Part shown: positions 25,124 to 34,440 of the stretch, one piece after another
How the letters are laid out: the number at the start of each line of letters is the position of its first letter
How positions within the stretch are numbered: the stretch's first letter is position 1
Assembly (NCBI GenBank): GCA_964611285.1
Contig: CAZSZY010000005.1
Location: forward strand, 1 to 39,761
Source: an uncultured Methanosarcinales archaeon
GTDB taxonomy: Archaea; Nanobdellota; Nanobdellia; Woesearchaeales; SKGA01
Reading direction: 5' to 3'
DNA length: 39,761 nt
Notes under the pieces: generated by a model
What the model was told of the DNA's origin: nothing
The model's input: the letters and a program-made list of their open reading frames with translations, nothing else
The model's database searches: none
Program-made: the position numbers and the translations under genes

Positions 25124-25332
25124 TACTGTTATAACCTGTTTGTAGGTCTAAAAAATCAATTGATTTTGACAGCACTTTAAGCTGTTTTAAAGGCTTTACA
25201 AAAAACCCAAGGGTTTGACGCCAGGTAAAAATAAAGCGCAGAAAATCACGTTTTCTGACATCGCTACGAGGATAAAAATGACACGTACAAATTATTTGTG
25301 GACGTCCATTTGATTTTCCGGAGAAAAATAAA

Positions 25333-25932
25333 ATGACAGATGAAGAATTATTAATTCCAAACGAAGACTACTTAAAAAGCGGTATTCACATTGGTACAAA
25401 ATTTCGTACAAAATACATGGAAAATTTCGTGTATAAAACAAGACCTGATGGACTTTCAGTTTTAAACATAAAACAAATTGATAGTCGTATCAAATTAGCA
25501 GCTCAATTACTTTCACATTTTGAACCAGAAGATATTTTAATTGTATCTCGTCGTGAAAATGGTTGGAGACCTGTTCGTATGTTTGAAAAAGCAACTAATG
25601 CAAAATGTTTTCCAGGGAGATACCCTCCAGGAATTCTTACTAACGCACAATTAAAGAATTTCACCGAAGCAAAAGTTATGGTTGTTACTGACGTAGGTCC
25701 TGATAAAAACGCGGTAAAAGACGCATTAAGTGTTGGTATTCCTATTGTTGCTTTATGCGATACAAACAATCAAGTAAATAATATTGATCTTGTTATTCCT
25801 TGTAACAATAAAGGTAAGAAAAGTCTAGGACTTGTGTTCTGGTTACTAGCAAAAACATACCTTGAATTAAAAGGAATTACAAATAAAGGTCAAGCATTCG
25901 AATACAATCTCGAACAGTTTACTGAAGAATAA
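25333..25932 (+). CDS. rps2: 30S ribosomal protein uS2
   Basis: YLKSGIHIGTKFRTKYMENFVYKTRPDGLSVLNI...IPIVALCDTNN. Confidence 0.95.
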   Translation: MTDEELLIPNEDYLKSGIHIGTKFRTKYMENFVYKTRPDGLSVLNIKQIDSRIKLAAQLLSHFEPEDILIVSRRENGWRPVRMFEKATNAKCFPGRYPPGILTNAQLKNFTEAKVMVVTDVGPDKNAVKDALSVGIPIVALCDTNNQVNNIDLVIPCNNKGKKSLGLVFWLLAKTYLELKGITNKGQAFEYNLEQFTEE

Positions 25933-25989
25933 ATTATTTCTTTTTTATTTTAATTATTTTTTTCTTACTGAGTCAATTTCACCAATTTT

Positions 25990-26676
25990 TCATTTATCTT
26001 CCTCTTGTACTTCTTCAATACCTAGGTCTGTAATCTTAAAAAAGATTGTTTTATCTTCTTCTATTGATCGGTGTTTACGAACTATTGCTTTTCGCACACC
26101 GTTTTCTTTTTTTTGTAATTCAATAAGGCATTTACTTTGGTATTTGAGCAAATCACCACCTACAATATTTACTTTTTCTTTATTTTCAAAATCTTGATAG
26201 ACTTGATTAGTAATAAGTACAGGAATACCATTTTTTCTTGCTATCTCTGTTAAAAACGATAATTGTATGCCTAATTGTCTATTAACATCATAAACATTCT
26301 TTGTTTGACCCATTTCTAGTCTATACAGCATTGCAATACTATCAACTATGATGATGCCAATATCTTTATTGACTAATGTTCGAAGTTTTTCAAATGCTTT
26401 TTTCTGTTCTTGAAAGGTAGTTGGTTTAAGAAGAATAATATTTTTTAATGATTCTTTGTATTTATCGGTGATTTGTCGAAATCTGGAGATAGAAAAAGAT
26501 CCTTCTGTGTCTACATAGATGACTTTTTTCCCTTTAAATGAGTTTGCGCAGAGTAAACAAAGGTTTGTTTTCCCACTGCCCGCAGGACCATAAATAGTTG
26601 TAATGACTTCTTTTTCATATCCTCCTTCGAGGAGCCAGTCAACTACTTCTGTTCCTGTATTAATTTTTGTTTCCAT
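25990..26676 (-). CDS. radB: RadB (RadA paralogue, RecA-superfamily ATPase)
   Basis: 228 aa with no HhH domain. Walker A GPAGSGKTNLCL, Walker B IIIVDSIAMLYR, and TNQV. Confidence 0.85.
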   Translation of the reverse strand: METKINTGTEVVDWLLEGGYEKEVITTIYGPAGSGKTNLCLLCANSFKGKKVIYVDTEGSFSISRFRQITDKYKESLKNIILLKPTTFQEQKKAFEKLRTLVNKDIGIIIVDSIAMLYRLEMGQTKNVYDVNRQLGIQLSFLTEIARKNGIPVLITNQVYQDFENKEKVNIVGGDLLKYQSKCLIELQKKENGVRKAIVRKHRSIEEDKTIFFKITDLGIEEVQEEDK

Positions 26677-26678
26677 TT

Positions 26679-27125
26679 TTAATTTGTTTTTTGGATACTA
26701 GAATGAAGCGATTCTATTCCTTCCTTCAAACTTTCTTTTTCAGTTATTTTATGATGTGCGGCGGGATTAATGAGCCAAACTTCATTAGAGCCTGGGTGAG
26801 CGAACAAAATAGTGATGCTTTTATTGGCAATTAATGAATCCCAATTATCGAGCAATGTTTTGATGTTCTTTTTACTATTTAAGCAAACAAAGTATGTTTT
26901 TTCAGAACCTGTTTTGGAAAGAATTTCCCCCAGTTCATCATGAACAAAATATGTTTTGTTTTCTTTTCCTGGAGCTTCACTCTGGGTGTCGGAAATTGTT
27001 TTATTTCCGCGCATTTTCTTCTCTGTTACAATGATTTTGTCGGTTTCTTCTTTTATATCAACAATTTGTTTTTTCACACAGTCTTTAAACTGAATGTAAT
27101 GTTTAAGCCATTTAATTAACTGCAT
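26679..27125 (-). CDS. Hypothetical protein (148 aa)
   Basis: ORF lies 2 nt from radB and overlaps the upstream membrane-protein gene by 14 nt. No recognisable motifs. Confidence 0.55.
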   Translation of the reverse strand: MQLIKWLKHYIQFKDCVKKQIVDIKEETDKIIVTEKKMRGNKTISDTQSEAPGKENKTYFVHDELGEILSKTGSEKTYFVCLNSKKNIKTLLDNWDSLIANKSITILFAHPGSNEVWLINPAAHHKITEKESLKEGIESLHSSIQKTN

Positions 27126-27624
27126 GTTCTTTCCTCTTTACAGTAATAAATATGAGGTAGGGGAGAAGGGCCCCGATACTATAAGCAATCCCTAAAAGAA
27201 GTGGATTATGAATTGCTTCAAGAGATATTGCGGCAGTTATTCTTGCTGCTTGTTTTGTAAGAATAATACTAGTAATGATTGCTGTGAGTGGTATAATTAA
27301 CGAAGAAATGATGTGGTGATGTGTTTGTAATTCTTCAATATCTCTAAATAGTATTGTTGCTAAACTTCCAAATAATAATCCGAAAACAACTACCGCTACA
27401 ACTGCTTGTCCGGTATTGGTTACTAATAATATAGGTTCTATGACCCATGCACCTATGATGGTGCCAATAACAATTATAAGAAGCATCACCCAATACAATG
27501 CTTTTTCTAATAGAATTTTTTTAGGGTGTTTTTTTTCTTCTGCTCGAACAAGAATTTCTCTGGCATGTTCTATTTCTTCTTCAGACCAACCTTTTTTCCT
27601 TAGATTTTGTTCTTGCAGTTGCAT
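27112..27624 (-). CDS. Hypothetical integral membrane protein (about 4 TM)
   Basis: Hydrophobic segments YWVMLLIIVIGTIIGAWVI, AVVAVVVFGLLFGSLATILF, LIIPLTAIITSIIL and LLGIAYSIGALLPYLIFI. Start placed at ATG 27624 (GAGGA about 8 nt upstream). The track start at 27693 is an alternative. Confidence 0.55.
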   Translation of the reverse strand: MQLQEQNLRKKGWSEEEIEHAREILVRAEEKKHPKKILLEKALYWVMLLIIVIGTIIGAWVIEPILLVTNTGQAVVAVVVFGLLFGSLATILFRDIEELQTHHHIISSLIIPLTAIITSIILTKQAARITAAISLEAIHNPLLLGIAYSIGALLPYLIFITVKRKEHAVN

Positions 27625-27737
27625 AAGATATCCTCGTTTGTTAGAACTTAAAAAATTCTTATTTTTTAAAACTTGAAAAGTTTCACTTTTCAAAACTTAA
27701 AAAACTTTCTTTATTATTAATAAGCGTTTAAATAACT

Positions 27738-30203
27738 TTATTCAATGTGCACTATGGCTGTGGCCTTGACTTGGTCTCCATCAACAAGTCGCATAACGCG
27801 AAGTCCTTGTGTGTTTCTACCAATAATGCTTATTTGATTGATTGCTGTTCTAATAATTATTCCTTTCATGGAGATAAGAAGCATTTCTTCATCGCCCGTG
27901 ACTGCTCGCACGCTTGCAACAGGACCATTTCGTTTGCTACATATAATATTTCGAACTCCTTTTCCTCCTCGATTGATAAGTCTGTAGTCTGTTACAGGGG
28001 TTCTTTTTCCGTAACCATTTTCAGTTACTGTCATGATTGCATTCTCATCTCTTGCATGCACTGCTCCTATGATGTTATCCTTTGGATCTAAGAGCATTCC
28101 TCGTACTCCTCGACTAGTTCTTCCAATTGGCCGAGCATCTTGCTCATTAAATCTGATTGCTTGTCCCCATTTACTTGCAAGAAGAATATTTTGTGATCCG
28201 TTTGTTTTAAGAACATTCACAACACTATCACCTTCGTCAAGGGTAATTCCTATAATTCCTGTCTGTCGAGGTCGAGAGTATGCTTCTAGAGATGTTTTTT
28301 TGATAATTCCTTTTTTAGTTACAAGTAGTAAGTAATCTGTCGCCAAGAATTCTTTTACAGGAATAACTGCTGCAACTTTTTCTCCTTGATCCATTTGCAC
28401 GAGGTTGATAAGTGCCTTTCCTTTGGCTTGCCTTGATGCTTCTGGCATTTTGTAGACTTTTAACCAATAGACTTGTCCTTTGTCTGTAAAGATGAGTAAG
28501 TATGAGTGTGTATTCGCAACGAAAAGATGTTCAACAATGTCTTCTTCTTTCATACTAGTGCCAATAACACCTTTTCCTCCTCTATTTTGAACTTTGTAAG
28601 TGTCTAGTGATAATCGCTTAGCATAACCAGAGTTAGTGATGGTGACAACTTGATTTTCTTGAGGAATTAAATCTTCATCTTCGATTTCTTCATCTTCAAC
28701 GAGTTCTATTTTTGTTCTTCGTTCATCACCATACTGTTCTTTAAGATCAACAAGTTCTTGTTTAATGATGTCTTTTACTTTTTGTTCACTTGCAAGGATT
28801 GATTTAAGTTCTGCAATGAGTGTTATTGTGGTTTCATAATCTTCTCGAATTTTTCCTTGTTCTAAATTAGTGAGTTTTTGTAATTTCATATCAAGTATTG
28901 CTTGAGATTGTTCTTCACTAAATGTAAATTGTGCGATGAGTTGTTCTTTTGCATCAATTGCTGCTTTTGCTTTTTTAATAAGTGCGATAACTGCATCAAT
29001 ATTGTCAAGCGCTTTTGTTAATCCTTCAAGTAAGTGTGCTTTTTTCTCAGCTTTTGCTAAATCAAATTTTGTTCGTCGTGTAACAACTTCTTTTCTATGC
29101 GCGATGAAGTGTTCCATCATTTCTTTAATATTAAGAACTTTTGGTTCTTTATTGACTATTGCTAAGAAAATCATACTTAATGTTGTTTGCAATCGTGAGT
29201 GTTTGAGTAATTGGTTTTGAACAACGTCTGTGTTTGCATCTTTTTTAAGTTCAAAAACAATTCTCATTCCCGTTCTGTCTGATTCATCTCTGATGTCATG
29301 CACTTGTTCTATTCGTCCTTCTCGAACCGCGTCAGCTATTTGTTCAATAAGTGCTGTTTTGTTAACTTGATAAGGTATTTCTGTGACAATGATTGCTTGT
29401 CGCCCTCGAACTTCTTCAATGTGCATACTTGCACGAACTCTTACTTTTCCTCGTCCAGTATGATATGCTTGCATTGCTCCTGCCGTTCCAATAATATTTC
29501 CTCCTGTTGGGAAGTCAGGTCCTTGAACGTATTCGCAGAGTTGCGAGATTGTTGTTTCTTCATCTTCTAATAATCTGATTATTCCATCAGTAATTTCTAC
29601 AAGGTTGTGTGGGGGAATGTTTGTTGCCATCCCTACCGCAATACCATTAGATCCATTTACTAATAGATTTGGTAAACTGTTTGGTAAAACTGATGGTTCT
29701 TCTAAACTATCATCGAAGTTTGGTCGAAAGTCAACAGTATTTTTTTCAATATCTGTTAACATGCTGTTACTGATTTTTGCAAGTTTTGCTTCAGTATAAC
29801 GCATAGCTGCCGCACTATCACCATCTATACTTCCAAAGTTTCCTTGTCCTTTGATGAGTGGATATCTTAATGCAAAATCTTGAGCCATTCGTACAAGACT
29901 TTCATAAACTGCACTATCGCCGTGTGGGTGATATTTACCTAATACTTCCCCAACAATTCTTGCAGATTTTTTGAATGATTTAGAAAATGTGATTCCCATT
30001 TCGTTCATGGCAAAAAGTATTCGCCGATGGACTGGTTTTAGACCGTCTCGAACGTCTGGTAAAGCTCGTCCAACAATAACTGACATTGCATAATCTAAGT
30101 ATGCTGTTTTCATTTCTTCTTCAATTACAGCAGGTATGATGTGGTCTCTTTTTTTGTCTATAGAATTGCTTTTTTCGTCAGTTATTTCTTGGTCGTTTTT
30201 CAC
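27738..30203 (-). CDS. gyrA: DNA gyrase subunit A
   Basis: [44 protein letters not shown], the active-site AAMRYTE, and a C-terminal beta-pinwheel with GyrA-box-like QNRGGKG. GTG start. No gyrB in the window. Confidence 0.96.
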   Translation of the reverse strand: MKNDQEITDEKSNSIDKKRDHIIPAVIEEEMKTAYLDYAMSVIVGRALPDVRDGLKPVHRRILFAMNEMGITFSKSFKKSARIVGEVLGKYHPHGDSAVYESLVRMAQDFALRYPLIKGQGNFGSIDGDSAAAMRYTEAKLAKISNSMLTDIEKNTVDFRPNFDDSLEEPSVLPNSLPNLLVNGSNGIAVGMATNIPPHNLVEITDGIIRLLEDEETTISQLCEYVQGPDFPTGGNIIGTAGAMQAYHTGRGKVRVRASMHIEEVRGRQAIIVTEIPYQVNKTALIEQIADAVREGRIEQVHDIRDESDRTGMRIVFELKKDANTDVVQNQLLKHSRLQTTLSMIFLAIVNKEPKVLNIKEMMEHFIAHRKEVVTRRTKFDLAKAEKKAHLLEGLTKALDNIDAVIALIKKAKAAIDAKEQLIAQFTFSEEQSQAILDMKLQKLTNLEQGKIREDYETTITLIAELKSILASEQKVKDIIKQELVDLKEQYGDERRTKIELVEDEEIEDEDLIPQENQVVTITNSGYAKRLSLDTYKVQNRGGKGVIGTSMKEEDIVEHLFVANTHSYLLIFTDKGQVYWLKVYKMPEASRQAKGKALINLVQMDQGEKVAAVIPVKEFLATDYLLLVTKKGIIKKTSLEAYSRPRQTGIIGITLDEGDSVVNVLKTNGSQNILLASKWGQAIRFNEQDARPIGRTSRGVRGMLLDPKDNIIGAVHARDENAIMTVTENGYGKRTPVTDYRLINRGGKGVRNIICSKRNGPVASVRAVTGDEEMLLISMKGIIIRTAINQISIIGRNTQGLRVMRLVDGDQVKATAIVHIE

Positions 30204-30275
30204 AGTAAAACAGAATTGCTAACGGTTTATAAGTGTTACGGATAGAATGCATTTAAACCCACTTTTTAGGCGTTT

Positions 30276-30425
30276 TCAGGGCTTTTCCGTCTTAATAAAA
30301 CTATCTTCATTTATGCGAAAACTTCTTCCGCAATAGACGCATGTTTTTCGTTTAGAAATAAGGTTGTCTCGAGGCTCATATTTCATACTTTGTTTACATC
30401 GTGGACAACGGACAAGAACTATCAT
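30276..30425 (-). CDS. Small zinc-ribbon protein (49 aa), absent from the ORF track
   Basis: Hand translation: MIVLVRCPRCKQSMKYEPRDNLISKRKTCVYCGRSFRINEDSFIKTEKP (CPRC...CVYC). Its ATG overlaps the scpB TGA as ATGA. Resembles small archaeal DUF1922-type zinc ribbons; this is tentative. Confidence 0.55.
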   Translation of the reverse strand: MIVLVRCPRCKQSMKYEPRDNLISKRKTCVYCGRSFRINEDSFIKTEKP

Positions 30426-31339
30426 AAATACTTTTTATCCTCTTTTTCTTCTTGATTTTCAGCAAATGTTTCCATTGCTTTTAGAGGATCTTCTTCAGCT
30501 TCTTTTTTTGTTTGTTTTTGCTCTTTAGTGAGTTCTTTTTTCTTGTTTCCTTCTGCTCCTTTTTCACTAACTTCTTCATTTTCTTCCTGTTCTTCACGTT
30601 GATGTTTTGGAAGTTTATGTTCATCAACTCGTTTACTAATTGCATTAATCCCTTCATCAATTCGTGTTAGAAAATCTTTTTCTTCTTGCTCATCTTCTTC
30701 TGTTTTTTCTCTTGTCCGAGGAGCAATTTCTATAACATCTAATTCACCAAGATGGTTTTTATCTTCTTCGGCTTCTTTTTTTGCTTGTTTTTTTTCTTCG
30801 CCAGGTTTGGCGTCAACTATTTGTAGATTTCCAAGCGTTTTTTGCTTTTCTCGAAGTTTAGAAAAGACTTCTTGAATTTCTTCATCTCCTTCAACATCAA
30901 AATAATTATAGAATTTGTCCGTTATTTTTAGTAGAAAACTTCTTCCTCGTTCATCTTTGGTAAGAAATTTTTGTTTGGCAAGCTCTTTAATATGTTCATA
31001 AGCGCTTTGTCCACGCATATTTACGACATCTGCTTGGAGAATAGGGCTCTTATATGCAACAACTGCTAATGTTCTAAGAATTGGTCCTGATAATTCAGTT
31101 TCACTCACAATATTTTCTACATCTTTAAGATATTTACCGCGAACAGTCATTTTCCAACGATTGTTATGTAAAGAAACAATGAGACTTCCTTCTCTTTTCT
31201 CTAGGTCTTGTTGTAATTGTGCTAGTGTTTTTTTTACTGCTTTATCGTCTACTTCGCAGTATTTGGCTAACTCTTCTTCAGTTACGCCTTTTCCCGATGC
31301 AAATAAAATTGCTTCAACACGATTACATAATTCATCCAT
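30422..31339 (-). CDS. scpB: ScpB-like segregation and condensation protein B with long E/K-rich C-terminal extension
   Basis: VEAILFASGKGVTEEELAKYC...GPILRTLAVVAYKSPILQADVVNMRG are tandem ScpB winged-helix signatures. Start set to ATG 31339, with GAGGA upstream. Confidence 0.8.
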   Translation of the reverse strand: MDELCNRVEAILFASGKGVTEEELAKYCEVDDKAVKKTLAQLQQDLEKREGSLIVSLHNNRWKMTVRGKYLKDVENIVSETELSGPILRTLAVVAYKSPILQADVVNMRGQSAYEHIKELAKQKFLTKDERGRSFLLKITDKFYNYFDVEGDEEIQEVFSKLREKQKTLGNLQIVDAKPGEEKKQAKKEAEEDKNHLGELDVIEIAPRTREKTEEDEQEEKDFLTRIDEGINAISKRVDEHKLPKHQREEQEENEEVSEKGAEGNKKKELTKEQKQTKKEAEEDPLKAMETFAENQEEKEDKKYL

Positions 31340-31347
31340 AGTTATCC

Positions 31348-31941
31348 TCACGCAATAAGATGATATTTATTTTTGTCCTTTTTAACTTTTTTCTCTTCTA
31401 TTAAAGCTTCAAGGAATTTTTCTGTGTGTTCGCTTGCCATTCCTATTCGTTTAGAGATTTGTTCGAGTTCAGATGACTCTTTAAGAACTAATAAAATTGC
31501 GTTTCTAGTCATTGCATTAAAATTTCTAATAAGGCCTTGATGTTGGCTAGTTAGTGTTTTTTGTCCAACTCCAATTTCGTGCAGTCTTGAAAGTAAATCA
31601 TTGTACCAGTTAGTCATTTCTTTTTGTTCAATAGTAATTTGTGCTGGTTCAAGAATTTCTAATGATGCTGGTGTGAAATTAACACATAGCCAGGTTAATT
31701 TTTCAGTATTTTGTAAAAGCAATTCTATTTCTGCAATTGCTCCAAAAACACCTTCTTCCATTTCCTCTGCGTCATCAAATTCTTCACTGACAAAAATTAA
31801 CTCAGTATCTTTTTTTAGATTTTCAATGTATGCTGACATTGTTTTTTGAACATGTTCTTTTGGTCTTCCAACAACTTCAAACATAACACGAATGTGTAAG
31901 TACTTTTTCCCTAAGTATTCTTTAATTTCTTTGGAGTTCAT
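31348..31941 (-). CDS. Hypothetical protein with C-terminal winged-helix-like region, in the position usually held by scpA
   Basis: 197 aa. The C-terminus is NAILLVLKESSELEQISKRIGMASEHTEKFLEALIEEKKV. A TATA-like gctttataaaaac lies about 25 nt upstream. I see no kleisin signature. Confidence 0.5.
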   Translation of the reverse strand: MNSKEIKEYLGKKYLHIRVMFEVVGRPKEHVQKTMSAYIENLKKDTELIFVSEEFDDAEEMEEGVFGAIAEIELLLQNTEKLTWLCVNFTPASLEILEPAQITIEQKEMTNWYNDLLSRLHEIGVGQKTLTSQHQGLIRNFNAMTRNAILLVLKESSELEQISKRIGMASEHTEKFLEALIEEKKVKKDKNKYHLIA

Positions 31942-31974
31942 ATTTGCCTGTCTAACCAGTCTGTTTTTATAAAG

Positions 31975-33393
31975 CTATTGGTCTCGTTCTTCTCTGCGTT
32001 TTCGAAGGTTAGAGAGCTTGTACGTGCCAACAATACCAATAATCATTAAAGCTAGTGCAATTAAAATAATCCTTTGAGCATTGTTTTGTTTTGTTATTTG
32101 CGGACTGGTAATGATTTTTTTGGTAGATTCTTTTTGGGTTTGATTATTCGCGCTATTGGTTTTACTTAGTATTGTTTGTACATTCACTTCTTCTTTTTGG
32201 TTTACTTCTTTGTTTTTTTCTTTTTCATTTTTTGTGGTGATCTTTGGTTGTTCTGTAGAGTTAATTGTGTTGTTTATTTTTGGAAAGAGAATTTCTTGCT
32301 CTACTGTTAATCCCAACCCTTCGCAAAGAAGCGTTGTAATATCTTCTTTGGTGCGTCTAAAAGGAATTTCTACATTAATTTTTTGATTTTGAGTCATTAA
32401 CCTTAATTTAAAGTCTTCATTAACTCTTCGTCCCGCCGCATCAACTTGTTTGCACGTAATAACACTTTTAGCCGTGGCTCCTTTTTGAGCTTCAAGAGTA
32501 ACTAGTGCAACATCTTTTTTTATTTCAATTTCTTTAATATTTATTTTTTCAGTAATAATATCATCAAGTTCTTCTTCTGTTGCTAGGTTTTCTTTACGTA
32601 CAACAACCAACTTATTTTTTTCAATCTCAGAGCATGCATCACTAATAATGCTTTTTAGAATATATGCTTTATCTGGTTGATCAATATTTTTGAATGTATA
32701 GGTTTTCTTATTAAGATTATTTGTGGTATAACTTTTTTTAACAACATGTCCTTGCAAGTCTTCTATCCAATAAGTAATTGTAAATGAGTCGCTTATCGGT
32801 CGCAAATAAAATTGTATTTCTGCTTGTTCGCCTTCAGCGTAAATTTCTTTATTAAAATATATTTCAGCAAATTCAAAACATGCCTGCTCTTGTTCTATTT
32901 CTTCTTCAATGGCGCTATTCTCCTCTGTTAATGTACTGATATTAATTATTTCTTCTTGGTTTGATTGGTTGGTTGTTAAATTAACAAGTGTTGTTACATT
33001 GGTTTCTTGATTGCTACATCTTCCTTGAAGGTGCCACGTAATTGTTTTGTTTCTTGCTTGAATTTTTATTTCGTAGTTTTCTGTTGAAGAAATATTAAGA
33101 AATCCTGTTTTTGTTACTGTGTATTTGTTAATTTCTTTTATAATTGTCTTATTTACAATAGTTTTGTTATTTGCCCAAACCTCTTGTATATATGTTACTT
33201 GGATTGTATCCATTCCTCCACTATAATTTAACCGTTCTATTCGAAAAACATTTTCTGTTGTCTCGCATGTTCCATTAGAAAGCAGTGTGAAATTCAATAT
33301 TTCATTTTCAATTTCTACCAATTGATAGTTGCTAGCATGCACAAAAGACGCACAGATAAGAACTAGAGTGATGAGCAAAATAATTTTTCTCAT
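31975..33393 (-). CDS. Secreted, C-terminally membrane-anchored surface protein, probably N-glycosylated
   Basis: N-terminal signal peptide MRKIILLITLVLICASFVHA. About a dozen N-x-S/T sequons. C-terminal TM IILIALALMIIGIVGTY followed by the basic KLSNLRKRREERDQ. Confidence 0.6.
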   Translation of the reverse strand: MRKIILLITLVLICASFVHASNYQLVEIENEILNFTLLSNGTCETTENVFRIERLNYSGGMDTIQVTYIQEVWANNKTIVNKTIIKEINKYTVTKTGFLNISSTENYEIKIQARNKTITWHLQGRCSNQETNVTTLVNLTTNQSNQEEIINISTLTEENSAIEEEIEQEQACFEFAEIYFNKEIYAEGEQAEIQFYLRPISDSFTITYWIEDLQGHVVKKSYTTNNLNKKTYTFKNIDQPDKAYILKSIISDACSEIEKNKLVVVRKENLATEEELDDIITEKINIKEIEIKKDVALVTLEAQKGATAKSVITCKQVDAAGRRVNEDFKLRLMTQNQKINVEIPFRRTKEDITTLLCEGLGLTVEQEILFPKINNTINSTEQPKITTKNEKEKNKEVNQKEEVNVQTILSKTNSANNQTQKESTKKIITSPQITKQNNAQRIILIALALMIIGIVGTYKLSNLRKRREERDQ

Positions 33394-33540
33394 GTTTCTC
33401 TTTTATATTGCTTGTTTAAAATTTGTTTCTGGTTTTTTTTCGAAAATATTTCGGCGAAGGTTGATTGATTGTTTCTTGGAAGGGGTGACAAAACTTTTAA
33501 TAGTATCTTCAGCTATTTCATTTAAAAAGAGGGCGTTGTA

Positions 33541-34206
33541 ATGACATTTCTGGGTTTATTCAAGAAAAAAGAACAAGAAGTACTTCCAATTGATACTAAT
33601 TTGGAGCCCGTACCTACGTCAGTGCCAACACAACCCATGCCCGATCAAATTTCTTCTGACTCTGCTGCAGAACTACAAGCTGAAGATGAAGAAGCGCCTT
33701 TGTTAGGTGCACAATCAGAAACAAAAGAGGCACAACCAACTTCTTCAGAACCAATTATTCTTGGCGAAATGCCCATACCTGGTTTAGCTGCAACGTCTCC
33801 TTCGCCTGCATCTGCACCACTAGAAAAATCAATTTCAACTCCTTCAATTAATGAAGCCAAACCAGCACAACAAGAGGTCCCAGAAACACAAGTATTGTCG
33901 CAGCATAAAGAAATAAAAGAAATGGGAACTTTGCGTAAAGAAACAGTTCCTGATATTGTAGCTTATCCTGGTGCGCCAGGCTCAGGGAAAATATTTGAAG
34001 GAATATATGTTAGAAAAGAACGATATATAGAACTCTTAGAATCGCTGAGAGATAATAGAGTATCATTGCAAGAACAATTATCCAATGAAGAACGACTTTT
34101 GCAGTTGCAAGAGAAAATTGTTCATAACTTAGAGAAAGAAGAATCTTTACTCAATGAATTATTTGAAAAAGTTATGACAATGGAATTATTAACAAAAAGG
34201 TGTTAA
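33541..34206 (+). CDS. Hypothetical protein: P/S/A/E-rich disordered N-terminal part plus C-terminal coiled-coil module (paralogue 1 of 3)
   Basis: 221 aa. The C-terminal IYVRKERYIELLESLRDNRVSLQEQL... is similar to the start of the next two ORFs. Confidence 0.55.
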   Translation: MTFLGLFKKKEQEVLPIDTNLEPVPTSVPTQPMPDQISSDSAAELQAEDEEAPLLGAQSETKEAQPTSSEPIILGEMPIPGLAATSPSPASAPLEKSISTPSINEAKPAQQEVPETQVLSQHKEIKEMGTLRKETVPDIVAYPGAPGSGKIFEGIYVRKERYIELLESLRDNRVSLQEQLSNEERLLQLQEKIVHNLEKEESLLNELFEKVMTMELLTKRC

Positions 34207-34208
34207 CA

Positions 34209-34436
34209 ATGGGTGAAAAATCGCCAGTATTTATCAAAATTGACGAGTATAAAGAAGTATTAGATACTATTGACAATCTTAAAAAAGAATTAGGTGACGT
34301 TCGTTTAACGCTTGAAGAAATAAAAAAACTTCGAACAGAAGAAGAACAAACTCTAGATAATTGGGAGAAAAATGTTCATGAGGCAGAAGCAAAGCTTCTT
34401 GAGTTAGACAAATCACTATTTGAACCGGATGCATAA
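34209..34436 (+). CDS. Hypothetical small coiled-coil protein (paralogue 2 of 3)
   Basis: VFIKIDEYKEVLDTIDNLKKELGDVRLTLEEIKKLRTEEEQTLDNWEKNV... Start at ATG 34209, with AGGTG 8 nt upstream and 2 nt after the previous stop. Confidence 0.55.
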   Translation: MGEKSPVFIKIDEYKEVLDTIDNLKKELGDVRLTLEEIKKLRTEEEQTLDNWEKNVHEAEAKLLELDKSLFEPDA

Positions 34437-34440
34437 GGAA

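Noticed and set aside
25124-25332. C/D-box sRNA, tRNA or SRP/RNase P RNA identity for the region upstream of rps2; the 3877-4129 gap was also considered.
   Set aside because: I found no RUGAUGA/CUGA box pairs in the proper order and no cloverleaf. The length and G+C content are wrong for SRP or RNase P RNA. It is kept only as an unclassified structured leader or ncRNA candidate.
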